From positions 1,895 through 65,894 of the forward strand of contig DAIDHK010000006.1 of NCBI GenBank assembly GCA_027459725.1: 64,000 nt of DNA, read 5' to 3'. Numbering within the stretch: the first letter of the stretch is position 1; the number at the start of each line of letters is the position of its first letter. Both the position numbers and the translations under genes were made by a program. This document shows, piece by piece, positions 19,059-29,356 of this stretch. The notes below the pieces were generated by a model, which was given only the letters and a program-made list of their open reading frames with translations, was not told the origin of the DNA and did not search any database. The DNA is from Candidatus Levyibacteriota bacterium. Its GTDB lineage: Bacteria > Patescibacteriota > Microgenomatia > Levybacterales > UBA12049.

Positions 19059-19775
19059 TTAATAAGTTTTTATATTGTGCAAACTAGCTTCATTTCTGTC
19101 TAACTGTGTTGTGGAGATATAGTTTTCACTACGCATTTCTTTCAGGACGAGTGCAGCTTCAGACTTGGCTTGTGCTTTATGGATTGCAAAATAGGAAGGG
19201 GCATTAATTAAACCTAGTAAGTAAGCAGACTGAACCAAAGACAAATTTGATGCCGAAGTACTAAAATATGTTTGAGCAGCTGCATTAATTCCATATGCTA
19301 ATTTTCCAAAGTATATTTCATTGAGATACATTTCTAAAATTTGCTGTTTGGTAAACTTTTCTGTGATAAAAAGAGCATATAGTTTAGTAAGAATATCAGT
19401 TTGTAGATTATCCTGGTCGTTGAAATAGACATTTTTGGCAAGTTGCTCTGTGATAGTACTAGCGCCCTGTCGTTGTTGGTTTGTGAGTGTATAAAAAATA
19501 GCACGTAATGTTCCTTCCAGATCTACACCAGGATTGGTATAAAATCTCTCATCCTGGGAAGCAATAGCAGCCAGTGGAACATATTTTGATATTTTATTCA
19601 ATGATACATATATAGCATGATGCTGTGTCAGTTGTTGTCTGACCGATAAAGGCATAGTTTGTAATTTTGCTTCAATGCTGGGTTGGAGAATTAAATAGAT
19701 ATAAGAATCTATAGTGATAATAATAATCAATAGGACTATAGACACGATCAAAATTTTTTTTATATACTTTGACAT
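19059..19775 (-). CDS. Monofunctional peptidoglycan transglycosylase (GT51)
   Basis: QDERFY.NPGVD, GASTITEQLAKN, ILEMYLNEIYFG, YGINAAAQTYF; note QD where the catalytic ED is usual. Confidence 0.85.
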   Translation of the reverse strand: MSKYIKKILIVSIVLLIIIITIDSYIYLILQPSIEAKLQTMPLSVRQQLTQHHAIYVSLNKISKYVPLAAIASQDERFYTNPGVDLEGTLRAIFYTLTNQQRQGASTITEQLAKNVYFNDQDNLQTDILTKLYALFITEKFTKQQILEMYLNEIYFGKLAYGINAAAQTYFSTSASNLSLVQSAYLLGLINAPSYFAIHKAQAKSEAALVLKEMRSENYISTTQLDRNEASLHNIKTY

Positions 19776-19834
19776 ATAGAATAGTATTATAACAGTAAAA
19801 AGATGGATGATGTTTAATCGTAATAATTAGTAGG

Positions 19835-20857
19835 TTATAATTCAGATACAATACTGGGATCATTAAATCCTAAATTATATCCAGCAAGAGTAAGCGTAGA
19901 ACCAGTGTTAATCGTAAGTCCTGAAACATTATCATTTGCTCTCATAGTTGGCTGGTTTATGCCGCTTCCAATAGTAACTAATGTATAAGGATCAGGAACA
20001 GCACCAATATCCCAGTTGCTACTATTTTCATAATCAGTTGAAGTTCCATTAGTCCAAGTAACCGATGTATAATTTCTTGCTGCAAGTGCAGCAATTTCCG
20101 TTGAAGGTAATGCACGACTATACATTCGAATATCGTCAAGGCGGCCATTATAATAGACGTTCCAGTCTTGGCTTTCTCCAATATTCATAGCCAGTGAATT
20201 TGTCGTATCGTCAATATTTATACATGACCACGTTTTATCCAAGACACTATTCTTATACCATTTTACTGTTTGGGCTGAAGCATCATAAACTACTGCCCAA
20301 TGATGCTACTGCCCTATGGTAATTGCTGATGCAGAATAAAGATAGTAATTTTTGCCATTGGTACCCATAACACGCAATTTAATGAAAGGCTGACATGCAG
20401 TGCTCGGTGTCAGGCAACTGCTATATCCATCATCATAAATAACATAACCCGGATGGACTGTACCTGAATCATATTTCTTACTAATTATTCCTGCGCTTGA
20501 ACTATTATCCCACGTAGTTGGTTTCATCCAAAACGCAATTGTAAAACTTCCCCTGAAATTAAGACTTAAGTAATTTGGAACACTAACGTACTTATTTGAT
20601 CCATTAAAGCTAAGGCTTCGAGCATCGAGAAAAGTAGTATATGGAACACTCTTATTGGGTATGGAAGAGTTTTTTGGGTTTTCATTATTGCCTATGCCGG
20701 CGGAATTCGTTACTGTTGATCCTGTGCTGGTTTTGTCAAGTTTCCAATACCCAACAAGTGTATCATTTGTAATAGTTGCCAAAGCATTGTGTCTAACAAG
20801 GAAAAATGCCACAGTAAGTAAGAAAACAAAAATGAGTAGATGTAGATTTTTTTTCAT
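19835..20857 (-). pseudogene. Secreted LamG-domain protein interrupted by one in-frame TAG
   Basis: ORFs 20306-20857 and 19835-20242 share a frame; read-through gives GQ*HHWAVVYD...WYKN...GRLDDIRMYSRAL. Confidence 0.8.
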
Positions 20858-21019
20858 TTCAAAATATCTTAAAGCGAGGCTACATTCAGAAAACTAATGG
20901 AGAATATAATTTCAAGATGGATAATTATATCCAATACGCATCTGAAAAAGATGAGAATACCGTGATATAATTAGCTTTATGAACTCTTTGATTTTATTAA
21001 GGGTTTATGTATATAAAAT

Positions 21020-22123
21020 ATGAATTTTTCTGTCGGAATAGTGGGATTACCTAATGTTGGTAAATCTACTTTGTTTAATGCATTACTAAAGAAACAGCAG
21101 GCGCTGGCAGCGAACTACCCTTTTGCTACTATCGAACCAAATGTGGGAATAGTAGCTGTGCCTGATGAGAGACTGCAGAAGCTGGCAGAGATAACCAAAG
21201 ATGAAGAAAAGATGTCTGGTTTACCTCCGTTGAAACCGGCTACAGTTGAATTCGTAGATATTGCCGGTTTGGTTAAAGGCGCATCAAATGGAGCTGGGTT
21301 GGGTAATAAATTTCTTTCACATATTCGCGAAGTTTCAGTAATCTGTCATGTTGTACGAGCTTTTGTTGAAGAAAATGTGATTCGTGAGGGAAGTAGCGAT
21401 CCGGAAAATGATTATGCCACTATACAAACTGAATTAATTTTATCAGATCTGGCGACTGCGCAGAGCGTTCAATCCCGTATCAAGCGTAATGATGATCCAA
21501 TGTTGAAAATTGCCGTAGATAAATTGATAGATAATCTCAATGCTGGTATTCCTGCTCGTGAGATAAGTTTTTCTATAGAAGAATTGGCTCACATCAAACC
21601 GTTATTCTTACTCACTTACAAGCCAGAATTAGTCGCACTTAATGTAAGCGAAGACGAATACAGTCCAATACATGCAGCGAAACTTGTAGAACGTTACTCC
21701 AATTTACTGCAATTGAATAAATCTAATCTAATAGTCATTTGTGCCAAAATTGAATCAGATTTGTCATCACTCTCAGAAGATGAGCAAAAGAGCTATTTAC
21801 AGGAGTTAGGATTTGCGAATTCTGGCTTGGAACGTCTTATTCAAAAGGCATACGATCGTTTGGGTTTAATCAGTTATTTAACATGTGGAGAAAAAGAAGT
21901 TAAAGCTTGGACGATAAATAAAGGAGAGACAGCTCCAGAAGCTGCTGGTGCTATTCATACTGATTTTACTAAGAAGTTTATTAAAGCAGAAGTTGTTTCA
22001 TATTCGGACTTTGTTCAATTTGCTGGTTGGAAGGGGAATCGAGAACAAGGAAAAGCGAGATTGGAAGGAAAAGATTATGTGATGCAAGATGGGGATGTCG
22101 TAGAATTCAAAATCGGTACATAG
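21020..22123 (+). CDS. ychF: Redox-regulated ATPase YchF
   Basis: GLPNVGKST, NYPFATIEPN, DIAGLV, TGS domain ending GKDYVMQDGDVVEF. Confidence 0.97.
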   Translation: MNFSVGIVGLPNVGKSTLFNALLKKQQALAANYPFATIEPNVGIVAVPDERLQKLAEITKDEEKMSGLPPLKPATVEFVDIAGLVKGASNGAGLGNKFLSHIREVSVICHVVRAFVEENVIREGSSDPENDYATIQTELILSDLATAQSVQSRIKRNDDPMLKIAVDKLIDNLNAGIPAREISFSIEELAHIKPLFLLTYKPELVALNVSEDEYSPIHAAKLVERYSNLLQLNKSNLIVICAKIESDLSSLSEDEQKSYLQELGFANSGLERLIQKAYDRLGLISYLTCGEKEVKAWTINKGETAPEAAGAIHTDFTKKFIKAEVVSYSDFVQFAGWKGNREQGKARLEGKDYVMQDGDVVEFKIGT

Positions 22124-22203
22124 TCTAATCTGAGTAAGATAAATACTAGCTAAGATCTATTACTAAAATAAAAAGATAAGGAGTACTGAAGTAAACCTTC
22201 TCA

Positions 22204-22630
22204 ATGAGTTACAACACATATCTGCTCAATCTGTCAATCCATTTGCCAATCTGGGCGAAAATTTCTCTACTGTTATTTTTTTTTCATGGCATGACGACTA
22301 GTAATAAAAATTATATCCCATTAGCAGAAAAACTTGCAAAGAATAATGTTTCTGGATTGGCATTAAATTTACGTGGGCATGGAAATAGTAAATGACAACG
22401 ATAGCTGATGGTCTGAATGCTTATGCCTATTAAATTAAACTGGGTGCCGTGCCATCACGTATAGGACTTTGAGGTACTAGTTTAGGGAGCAGCGCTGCAT
22501 CTGTTTCAGAAAAATGGTTAATATGGCGTATGGTTTTACGGGTCACGGATGCTTATACCAACGAAATGCTTCAAATGCGCTACCCACAAATTAAGGGAGT
22601 AGAAATTGTAATTTTTCAGGAAAAATAACA
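22204..22630 (+). pseudogene. Decayed alpha/beta hydrolase
   Basis: FFHGM, NLRGHGNS*, then RIGL*GTSLG nucleophile elbow; several stops and a frameshift. Confidence 0.7.
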
Positions 22631-22726
22631 TTGATAATTTTGAATATCAAGGATGAGGTCTATTTCCCGCAAATATTAACTACCACTTGCCTCAAGAGCG
22701 CGAGTATAGTAAAATTACTGCTACAT

Positions 22727-23002
22727 ATGCGAAATTATGAATTAACTTTGGTTCTTAGATCCAAACTCGATGATAAAGCCAGAAAGAAAGTTTTAGAATC
22801 AGTCAAGACATGGTTAAAAGATTTACAAGTAACCAAAGAAGAGGAGTGGGGACAAAAGCCATTGGCTTATCCTATTAAAAAAGAAGAAGCTGGATATTAT
22901 GTTATGTTACAATTGGAAGGAGAGAATCTTCCTTCAGATGTAGAACGAAGACTATTCTTGGCAGACGAAGTATTAAGACATTTATTAATTAGAACAAAAT
23001 AA
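22727..23002 (+). CDS. rpsF: 30S ribosomal protein S6
   Basis: MRNYEL, EEWGQKPLAYPIKK, VLRHLLIR; start reassigned to ATG 22727. Confidence 0.96.
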   Translation: MRNYELTLVLRSKLDDKARKKVLESVKTWLKDLQVTKEEEWGQKPLAYPIKKEEAGYYVMLQLEGENLPSDVERRLFLADEVLRHLLIRTK

Positions 23003-23487
23003 TGGCTAGAAGTTTGAATCGAGTACAATTGATTGGGAATTTGACACGTGATCCAGAATTGCGTTATACGCCAAGCGGTACAGCAGTGTGTTCGTTTAGT
23101 TTGGCTACTAATCGTTCCTGGACAACTGACACGGGTGAAAAACATGAAGAGACAGAATATCATCGCATCGTTGCCTGGAATAAGTTAGGAGAACTTTGTA
23201 GTCAGTTCTTAGTAAAGGGACGAAAAGTGTATGTTGAAGGTCGGTTATCAACCCGTAGTTGGACGACACAAGACAATCAGCAAAGAACTACTACCGAAAT
23301 TGTGATTGATGACATGATTTTGCTTGATAATAAAGGTCAGAGTGCCGGTGCAAGTGAGCCAGCTCATGAAGAGGCTGCTCCATCTAGAAAAGCTAATGTA
23401 CCAACTAAGCATGAAGAAAAAGAAGAAAAAAGAGAATCTCAAAGCGGTGCAGAAGAAGAAATCTCGCCTGATGATATTCCTTTTTAA
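23002..23487 (+). CDS. ssb: Single-stranded DNA-binding protein
   Basis: LNRVQLIGNLTRDPELRYT, C-terminal DDIPF. Confidence 0.98.
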   Translation: MARSLNRVQLIGNLTRDPELRYTPSGTAVCSFSLATNRSWTTDTGEKHEETEYHRIVAWNKLGELCSQFLVKGRKVYVEGRLSTRSWTTQDNQQRTTTEIVIDDMILLDNKGQSAGASEPAHEEAAPSRKANVPTKHEEKEEKRESQSGAEEEISPDDIPF

Positions 23488-23519
23488 ACAAGAAAAAATT
23501 TATTAAATATTAAAAAAGC

Positions 23520-23765
23520 ATGAAAAAAATTGTAACAAAAAGAAGAATACAAAAAGTACAGACTCCACGTACGGATTATTTTGTGGAAAATAAAAAGACA
23601 CCATATTATGGAGATGTAAATACATTGAAGATGTTTTTGACTGAAAGAGGTAAGATTATACCACGTAGTCGAAGTGGTCTAAATGCAAAGAATCAGCGTC
23701 TGTTAACTAAAGCCGTAAAATATGCTCGTCATTTAGCTCTTATTCCATTCATCTCACGTGGATAG
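23520..23765 (+). CDS. rpsR: 30S ribosomal protein S18 (no Zn cysteines)
   Basis: [30 protein letters not shown]. Confidence 0.96.
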   Translation: MKKIVTKRRIQKVQTPRTDYFVENKKTPYYGDVNTLKMFLTERGKIIPRSRSGLNAKNQRLLTKAVKYARHLALIPFISRG

Positions 23766-23949
23766 AATTTATTTTCAGTATTTCTTCAGAAAGTTGCTTC
23801 AGTATTATGTTGGATAGTCCTTATTATAAATTATGGAGTATGGCTATCTTAGTGTAAAAAGATTATAAATTTACCATTTCAGTAACTTTGCTTGCTAGAC
23901 AAATCATAATACTTTATACTAAAGATGTCTTATTTAAAAATTACATACT

Positions 23950-24720
23950 ATGGTTTCCTTGCCCATTTCATTACCTAAAGAAGCCACAATTTTTGTTAAA
24001 GAAGGTGATGCTGTCAAAAAAGGACAATTAATCGCCAAGGTAGAAGCATCTGCAGAACACGTTATCCATCTTGCACAAGTACTCCATGTCTCGCCACATA
24101 AAGTCGAAGATCTATTACTGCGAGAACCCGGAGATAGTTTGGAAAAAGGAGATGTTATTGCGGCCAGAAAAAAGAGTTTTGGTTTTTCCAAAATTAAATT
24201 ATTAAGCAATATTTCGGGTATGATTACTCGTTTCGATCGTGAAACAGGGGATCTGACTGTAGGAGGGGAGATTGGTGATGAAAAAGAGATAATATGTCCT
24301 ATTGATGGTGTAGTGCAAATGTGTAATAATGATCAAATTGTCATTGATACCAATGAAATTGTTGTGCAAGGAATAGGAGGATTTGGTAAGAGTGTACAAG
24401 GAAAAATCTATGTCTTGCCAAGTGTAGTTACACCCGCTGATTCACAACAATTGATGATCCAGCTTAACAGCTCGATTACCAACAAGGTTATCATGGCAAG
24501 GTCTTTACATAGAGATGCTTTAATCAAAGCGATAGGACTGGAAAGTTTGGGGATCATTGCAACGACAATCTTACCTGAGGATATAGAATACTTGATTCAG
24601 CGTAATATGCTGATACCAATCGTTTTGGTTGGTGAAGATCAGGTGGAAAAATTAAGCAAAAAATCAGGTAAAAATGTTTACCTTGTGGGATCAACAAATA
24701 CCATTTTGTTTTTAGAATGA
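23950..24720 (+). CDS. Hypothetical protein with barrel-sandwich hybrid-like repeats
   Basis: VKEGDAVKKGQLIA and GDSLEKGDVIA repeats, CPIDGVV. Confidence 0.65.
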   Translation: MVSLPISLPKEATIFVKEGDAVKKGQLIAKVEASAEHVIHLAQVLHVSPHKVEDLLLREPGDSLEKGDVIAARKKSFGFSKIKLLSNISGMITRFDRETGDLTVGGEIGDEKEIICPIDGVVQMCNNDQIVIDTNEIVVQGIGGFGKSVQGKIYVLPSVVTPADSQQLMIQLNSSITNKVIMARSLHRDALIKAIGLESLGIIATTILPEDIEYLIQRNMLIPIVLVGEDQVEKLSKKSGKNVYLVGSTNTILFLE

Positions 24721-26045
24721 TGCTGAATTTAAGTATCTTTCGGAAAGTTAATTTCAATATGAAACCTTCAACACTTAGAATTATTCTTTTTGTCATAATT
24801 GCTGGTATTGTAGGATATCTATTTGGGATATATAAAGTCACATTGGATTGGCAAAATTATCGTCCTCAATTATCCATAATAAATCAGGATCCGCCATCTG
24901 GTATGCAAACTATGGATATGACTCCGTTTTGGACGGTTGCACAGGCAATTGAGACTAGTTTCTATGATCGTAAAGCTATTAATCCGCAAAATATGGTCAA
25001 CGGTGCAATCTCAGGCATGATTAGTACTCTTAATGACCCATTTACGATGTATTTACCCCCAACCAATAATACAGCGTTCAAACAGCAAATATCTGGTCAA
25101 TTTCAAGGTATAGGAGCAGAATTGACCACAAATAATAAACAAGTGCTTATTATGGCTCCATTAGATGGTAGTCCAGCTCAGAAAGCAGGTTTAAAGTCTG
25201 GAGATATTATTGAAAAAGTAAATGGCGAGGATATTACTGGTATGGATCTAAATAATGTAGTTAATATGATTAAAGGTCCTAAAGGTACTAAAGTAACACT
25301 AACAATTCTTCCTAAAGGAAGCAAGACTACTAAAGATTTTGTCATTACCCGCGATACGATTAATGTAAAAACAGTTAGTTCTTGGATTAAAGCAATCAAG
25401 GATATTCCGACTATTAATGAAAAAGCTAGTGCATTCGCAAATCAGCAAAATAAGGAAATTGCTTATATCCGCTTGTCTGAATTTGGTGAACAAACTGATC
25501 AGGAGTGGACTCCAGTAGTAAATAATTTAGCTTTGCAGTTAAAGAAAAACCCCAATATTAAAGGGGTAGTATTGGATCTGCGTGAAAATCCGGGTGGATT
25601 GTTAACAGATGCTTTATATATAGCGTCGGAATTTTTACCTCAGGGTGCTACGGTTGTAAAACAAGAGGATGCGTATGGTAATATCAAGTCTTTAACAGTA
25701 GATCGGAATGGTGTTTTGCAAAATGTTCCAATGGTGGTGTTAATAGATGGTGGATCAGCTTCGGCGAGTGAAATAGTATCGGGTGCTCTAAGAGACAATA
25801 ATCGAGCTAAATTGGTAGGAGAGAAGTCATTTGGTAAAGGTACAGTACAAGATGCTGAAGATTTAGCGAACGGTGCTGGTTTGCATGTAACTGTTGCGAA
25901 GTGGCTTACTCCGAATGGTACGTGGGTTGGTAACGGGAAAAATGGCATAGGTTTAAAACCAGATGTAGTTGCAGCTCTGAATCCTAAGGATCCTACACAT
26001 GATACCCAATTGGAAGCAGGGATCGAGACATTATTAAAAGAATAA
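24717..26045 (+). CDS. ctpA: S41 family carboxy-terminal protease with PDZ domain
   Basis: DPFT, GIGA, DLRENPGG, SASASEI, GEKSFGKGTVQ. Confidence 0.93.
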   Translation: MMLNLSIFRKVNFNMKPSTLRIILFVIIAGIVGYLFGIYKVTLDWQNYRPQLSIINQDPPSGMQTMDMTPFWTVAQAIETSFYDRKAINPQNMVNGAISGMISTLNDPFTMYLPPTNNTAFKQQISGQFQGIGAELTTNNKQVLIMAPLDGSPAQKAGLKSGDIIEKVNGEDITGMDLNNVVNMIKGPKGTKVTLTILPKGSKTTKDFVITRDTINVKTVSSWIKAIKDIPTINEKASAFANQQNKEIAYIRLSEFGEQTDQEWTPVVNNLALQLKKNPNIKGVVLDLRENPGGLLTDALYIASEFLPQGATVVKQEDAYGNIKSLTVDRNGVLQNVPMVVLIDGGSASASEIVSGALRDNNRAKLVGEKSFGKGTVQDAEDLANGAGLHVTVAKWLTPNGTWVGNGKNGIGLKPDVVAALNPKDPTHDTQLEAGIETLLKE

Positions 26046-26052
26046 GGTTTTC

Positions 26053-26085
26053 TTTCAGGTATATTTAAGGTTAAGGTATTAATAT
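26053..26085 (+). promoter_or_regulatory. 11-bp-spaced direct repeat (TTTCAGGT/TTTAAGGT) plus -10 TAATAT upstream of htrA
   Basis: Repeats at 26053 and 26064; -10 at 26080-26085. Confidence 0.5.
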
Positions 26086-26105
26086 TTTTTGGATGGTAAA
26101 TTAAT

Positions 26106-27344
26106 ATGAGAAAATTAATAATTTTGATAGTCGTATTAGTCGTAATATTAGGAATTTACAGTGGGATACAAGTTTATCTGCCTCAAGTAGGTAGTTTTAT
26201 ATCCTCACAAAGTATTAATAATAACTTAAATAATTCTAATTCAGGTCCACAAGAGAAGGTAAAAGTGGTAAGCGAAGAATCAGTTACTATAAATGCAGTT
26301 AAAACCGTTGGACCTTCAGTTGTTACAGTTGAAGAAATTTCTTCAAATAGTCAAAATCAGCAACAACAGTTAAACCCGTATTTTAATCCATTTGGCGGAA
26401 TGTTTGGTTCACCTTTTGGCAATGGGGGAGGAAGCAGCAATGGGGGTAATAGTTCTGGGGGTAATAGTTCCGGCGGAAGTATCAGTAATCCAGTGGCTAT
26501 TGGTTCAGGGTTTATTATATCTTCAAATGGATTGATTGTTACCAATAAGCATGTTGTCTCTGATCCAGGTTCATATGTTGTTATTACTAGTAACGATAAG
26601 ACATACAAAGTTCAGCAGATTTATCAGGATCCACAAAATGATATTGCTGTAATTAAGATTAATCCATCGGATAATCCAGGCCAGGTATTAAAACCGGTGA
26701 CTCTGGGGAATTCAAATAATCTACAAGTCGGACAATTTGTGGTTGCCATTGGAACTGCATTGGGAGAGTTTAGAAATACGGTTACAACAGGTGTAGTCTC
26801 TGGATTGGGTAGAGGTATTACAGCTGGAGATCAATTCGCAGGTGAGACCGAGAATCTAAGTGATGTAATCCAAACTAGCGCTGCGATCAATCCAGGCAAT
26901 TCGGGTGGACCTTTAATTAATGACGCCAATCAAGTAATTGGTATCAATACTGCTGTTGCTCAAAATGGTCAAAATATTGGTTTTGCTTTACCGATAAATA
27001 CAGTAAAGGATGCTTTAAACAACTTTAATCAAAACGGTGGTAAATTTACATATCCGTACTTAGGAGTGCAATACAAAATGGTGGATCGCAATCAAGCTAT
27101 TTTGAATAATGTTCCTCAAGGGGCATATATAGCTCAGGTTGTCTCAGGATCTCCTGCAGCTTCTGCCGGTTTACAACAAGGAGATATTATCACCAAAATA
27201 GATGGACAATCACTCACTACCACGAATGCTTTATCAGATATTATTTCTAAGAAGAAAGTTGGTCAAACAATTGTGATTACTTATTGGAGAAATAATAATA
27301 TTGCCACATTAAATGCAACTTTGGGTAGTGCGCCAAATCAATAA
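26106..27344 (+). CDS. htrA: HtrA/DegP-family serine protease with PDZ domain
   Basis: GSGF, TNKHV, DIAV, AAINPGNSGGPL, PDZ. Confidence 0.95.
   Translation: MRKLIILIVVLVVILGIYSGIQVYLPQVGSFISSQSINNNLNNSNSGPQEKVKVVSEESVTINAVKTVGPSVVTVEEISSNSQNQQQQLNPYFNPFGGMFGSPFGNGGGSSNGGNSSGGNSSGGSISNPVAIGSGFIISSNGLIVTNKHVVSDPGSYVVITSNDKTYKVQQIYQDPQNDIAVIKINPSDNPGQVLKPVTLGNSNNLQVGQFVVAIGTALGEFRNTVTTGVVSGLGRGITAGDQFAGETENLSDVIQTSAAINPGNSGGPLINDANQVIGINTAVAQNGQNIGFALPINTVKDALNNFNQNGGKFTYPYLGVQYKMVDRNQAILNNVPQGAYIAQVVSGSPAASAGLQQGDIITKIDGQSLTTTNALSDIISKKKVGQTIVITYWRNNNIATLNATLGSAPNQ
26441..26470 (+). repeat. Perfect 15-bp tandem duplication in the HtrA linker
   Basis: TGGGGGTAATAGTTC x2 encoding GGNSS repeats. 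Confidence 0.9.
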
Positions 27345-27422
27345 CTTGAATACAAAGATATAATAAAAAAATAATCTGCTGAGACTTAAAATTGAGAATC
27401 TTAATTTTACAAGTAAACTTTC

Positions 27423-28169
27423 TTATACAATTTCACCTTTGTAATGCCCATAAGGATAATTAAATTTTTTTGTGTCATATACAAGTCCATGTTTCTTGAT
27501 GTATAGGTAAGTTCGTAGCCAAAATATGAGCAAACCGACTACACCTTTCTCTCTGGCTCGTCTTGGGGAATGAAAAACTTTCAGGGAAAAGAAAAAATGA
27601 GGTTTGGCTCCTGATAATAATGATCTATTTCCGTAATCAGTGTCTTCACCTAGAATAGCTTTTTCATCGAATCCATTTATTTTTATATGATTCCTTTTTG
27701 TTGTAAAAATAAATCCTGCTCCCACTGTGGGATGAAGAAGATAAATTATAATTATAATTGGATATGCAATAGCTAAAAATAAATTATCTAAAAAACGTTT
27801 ACTTGCAGTCCATACTAGCACCATAGAAATAAAATCTTCTTTGGGTTCAGTTTTATATAAAAGTCTGGCTATAAAATTATCTGACAGGATCATATCGGCA
27901 TCTAAAAACAAAATATACTTATATTTTGAGTGTTTAGCTCCTATATTTCGTTGGTGTCCTGTGCTTCTTTTTGCTGTAAATATTGATAGGTTTTTTAATC
28001 TTTGTTTAAAATTCTCTGCGACTTGTAAGGTTCTATCGTCTGAGTGTCCATCAACAATTAATACTTCAAATTTATCCGGTAAATTTTGCTTTTGTATGGA
28101 TTGTAGAGTTTTGGCTAAATAATGTTCTTCATTATAAGTGGGAATAATAATAGATAATTCATTAATCAC
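27423..28169 (-). CDS. Glycosyltransferase family 2
   Basis: SIIIPTYNEE, VDGHSDD, RNIGA, FLDAD, GFDE, ED. Confidence 0.92.
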   Translation of the reverse strand: MINELSIIIPTYNEEHYLAKTLQSIQKQNLPDKFEVLIVDGHSDDRTLQVAENFKQRLKNLSIFTAKRSTGHQRNIGAKHSKYKYILFLDADMILSDNFIARLLYKTEPKEDFISMVLVWTASKRFLDNLFLAIAYPIIIIIYLLHPTVGAGFIFTTKRNHIKINGFDEKAILGEDTDYGNRSLLSGAKPHFFFSLKVFHSPRRAREKGVVGLLIFWLRTYLYIKKHGLVYDTKKFNYPYGHYKGEIV

Positions 28170-28367
28170 CTTATGATTATACTCTTGTCATCGAACAAAA
28201 CAAAATTTATCATGAGTGATAATAAACAAAATTTAAGAAAATTAATCTTTTATTATAATGAATATATTTGTCTATAAAATATATTTTTCTTTAGTAAATA
28301 AATTAATGATGAAATTACTATTTGCAAATTTCTAATCTTTGATTTACAATACGACCATATTAAAAAT

Positions 28368-29150
28368 ATGGCAACAAGATCGTTATCATCAAAAAATAAA
28401 AAAACTTCCATCAAAAAAACAGCTCCTGCAAAGTCATCAAGAGTTAATACGTCTAAGAGATCTACAAAAAATAAGAGTTCTAATCACCCAATTAATATCG
28501 AAAATGTTACAGAACAGTCAGTTGGAGTTAAGCCAGTTGATCATTCCCACATTAAGAACAGATTAAATTCAATGCAAATCAAAAGATCATATATAATAGC
28601 TGTATTGGCTGCTATTGTTGTGTTAGTTATAGTTTACTCTATTAGAAGTTGGTTTGTAGCCGCATTGGTAAATGGTCAGCCAATTTATCGGTTAGATGTT
28701 ATAAATCAACTTGAGCAACAATATGGAGATCAAGAAATGCAGTCTTTGGTAACACAAGCTTTGATTAAACAAGAAGCTAACAAAAGACATATTACAGTAA
28801 GTCAGCAAGAAATAAATTCTCAAATGACTACTATAGAAAATAATTTGAAGAAGCAAGGTGAAACATTAGATTCTGCCTTACAACAGCAGCATATGACTAA
28901 ACAGCAGTTAACAGATCAAATAGTTTTACAACAGGAAATTCAGAAGATGGTGGGGAATGTGAATGTTACGGATCAGCAGGTAAAGGATTATATGAATCAA
29001 AATAAAGGTTCTCTTCCAGCAGGAACTACTGCATCTCAGGTAAAACAGCAATTACAACAGCAGGAATTACAGCAAAAAGAACAACAATTCGTAACTGATT
29101 TACAGACCCATGCTCATATAACTTCTTGGGTAGACTATTACTCCGGATAA
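28368..29150 (+). CDS. SurA N-terminal domain chaperone-like protein
   Basis: Basic N-terminus, TM, AALVNGQPI, LIKQEA.KR.ITVS, no parvulin domain. Confidence 0.8.
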   Translation: MATRSLSSKNKKTSIKKTAPAKSSRVNTSKRSTKNKSSNHPINIENVTEQSVGVKPVDHSHIKNRLNSMQIKRSYIIAVLAAIVVLVIVYSIRSWFVAALVNGQPIYRLDVINQLEQQYGDQEMQSLVTQALIKQEANKRHITVSQQEINSQMTTIENNLKKQGETLDSALQQQHMTKQQLTDQIVLQQEIQKMVGNVNVTDQQVKDYMNQNKGSLPAGTTASQVKQQLQQQELQQKEQQFVTDLQTHAHITSWVDYYSG

Positions 29151-29356
29151 TTAATTTAATCTTTAGTTTATGCTCTTCTTTATAAATTAGGTATAGAGAC
29201 TTTAGTTTCTTTTGGTATCATTACAATACTTTAAATACTCAATTCTTTAGTTTTACGAATTATTATATGCAGATTGTTAAAGAGTGTTTTTTTTACATTT
29301 AGTATCACTAGTATATATTGACAAGTCTTCTGTTAACCCTCTATTATAATTATGTT

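Noticed and set aside
4597-22472. Stop-codon reassignment, suggested by in-frame TGA (4597, 22470) and TAG (20306) at likely Trp/Cys positions
   Set aside because: Intact genes end in TGA and TAG and use TGG for Trp; two of the three genes carry other lesions; single substitutions in pseudogenes explain it
22631-22726. N-terminal extension of S6 or an S6:S18 leader RNA
   Set aside because: Region holds promoter-like TTGCCT/TAAAAT; S6 homology starts at ATG 22727; leader too short for the RNA motif
26441-26470. 15-bp tandem repeat as a phase-variation site
   Set aside because: Two in-frame copies in a Gly/Ser linker; a copy change would not shift the frame
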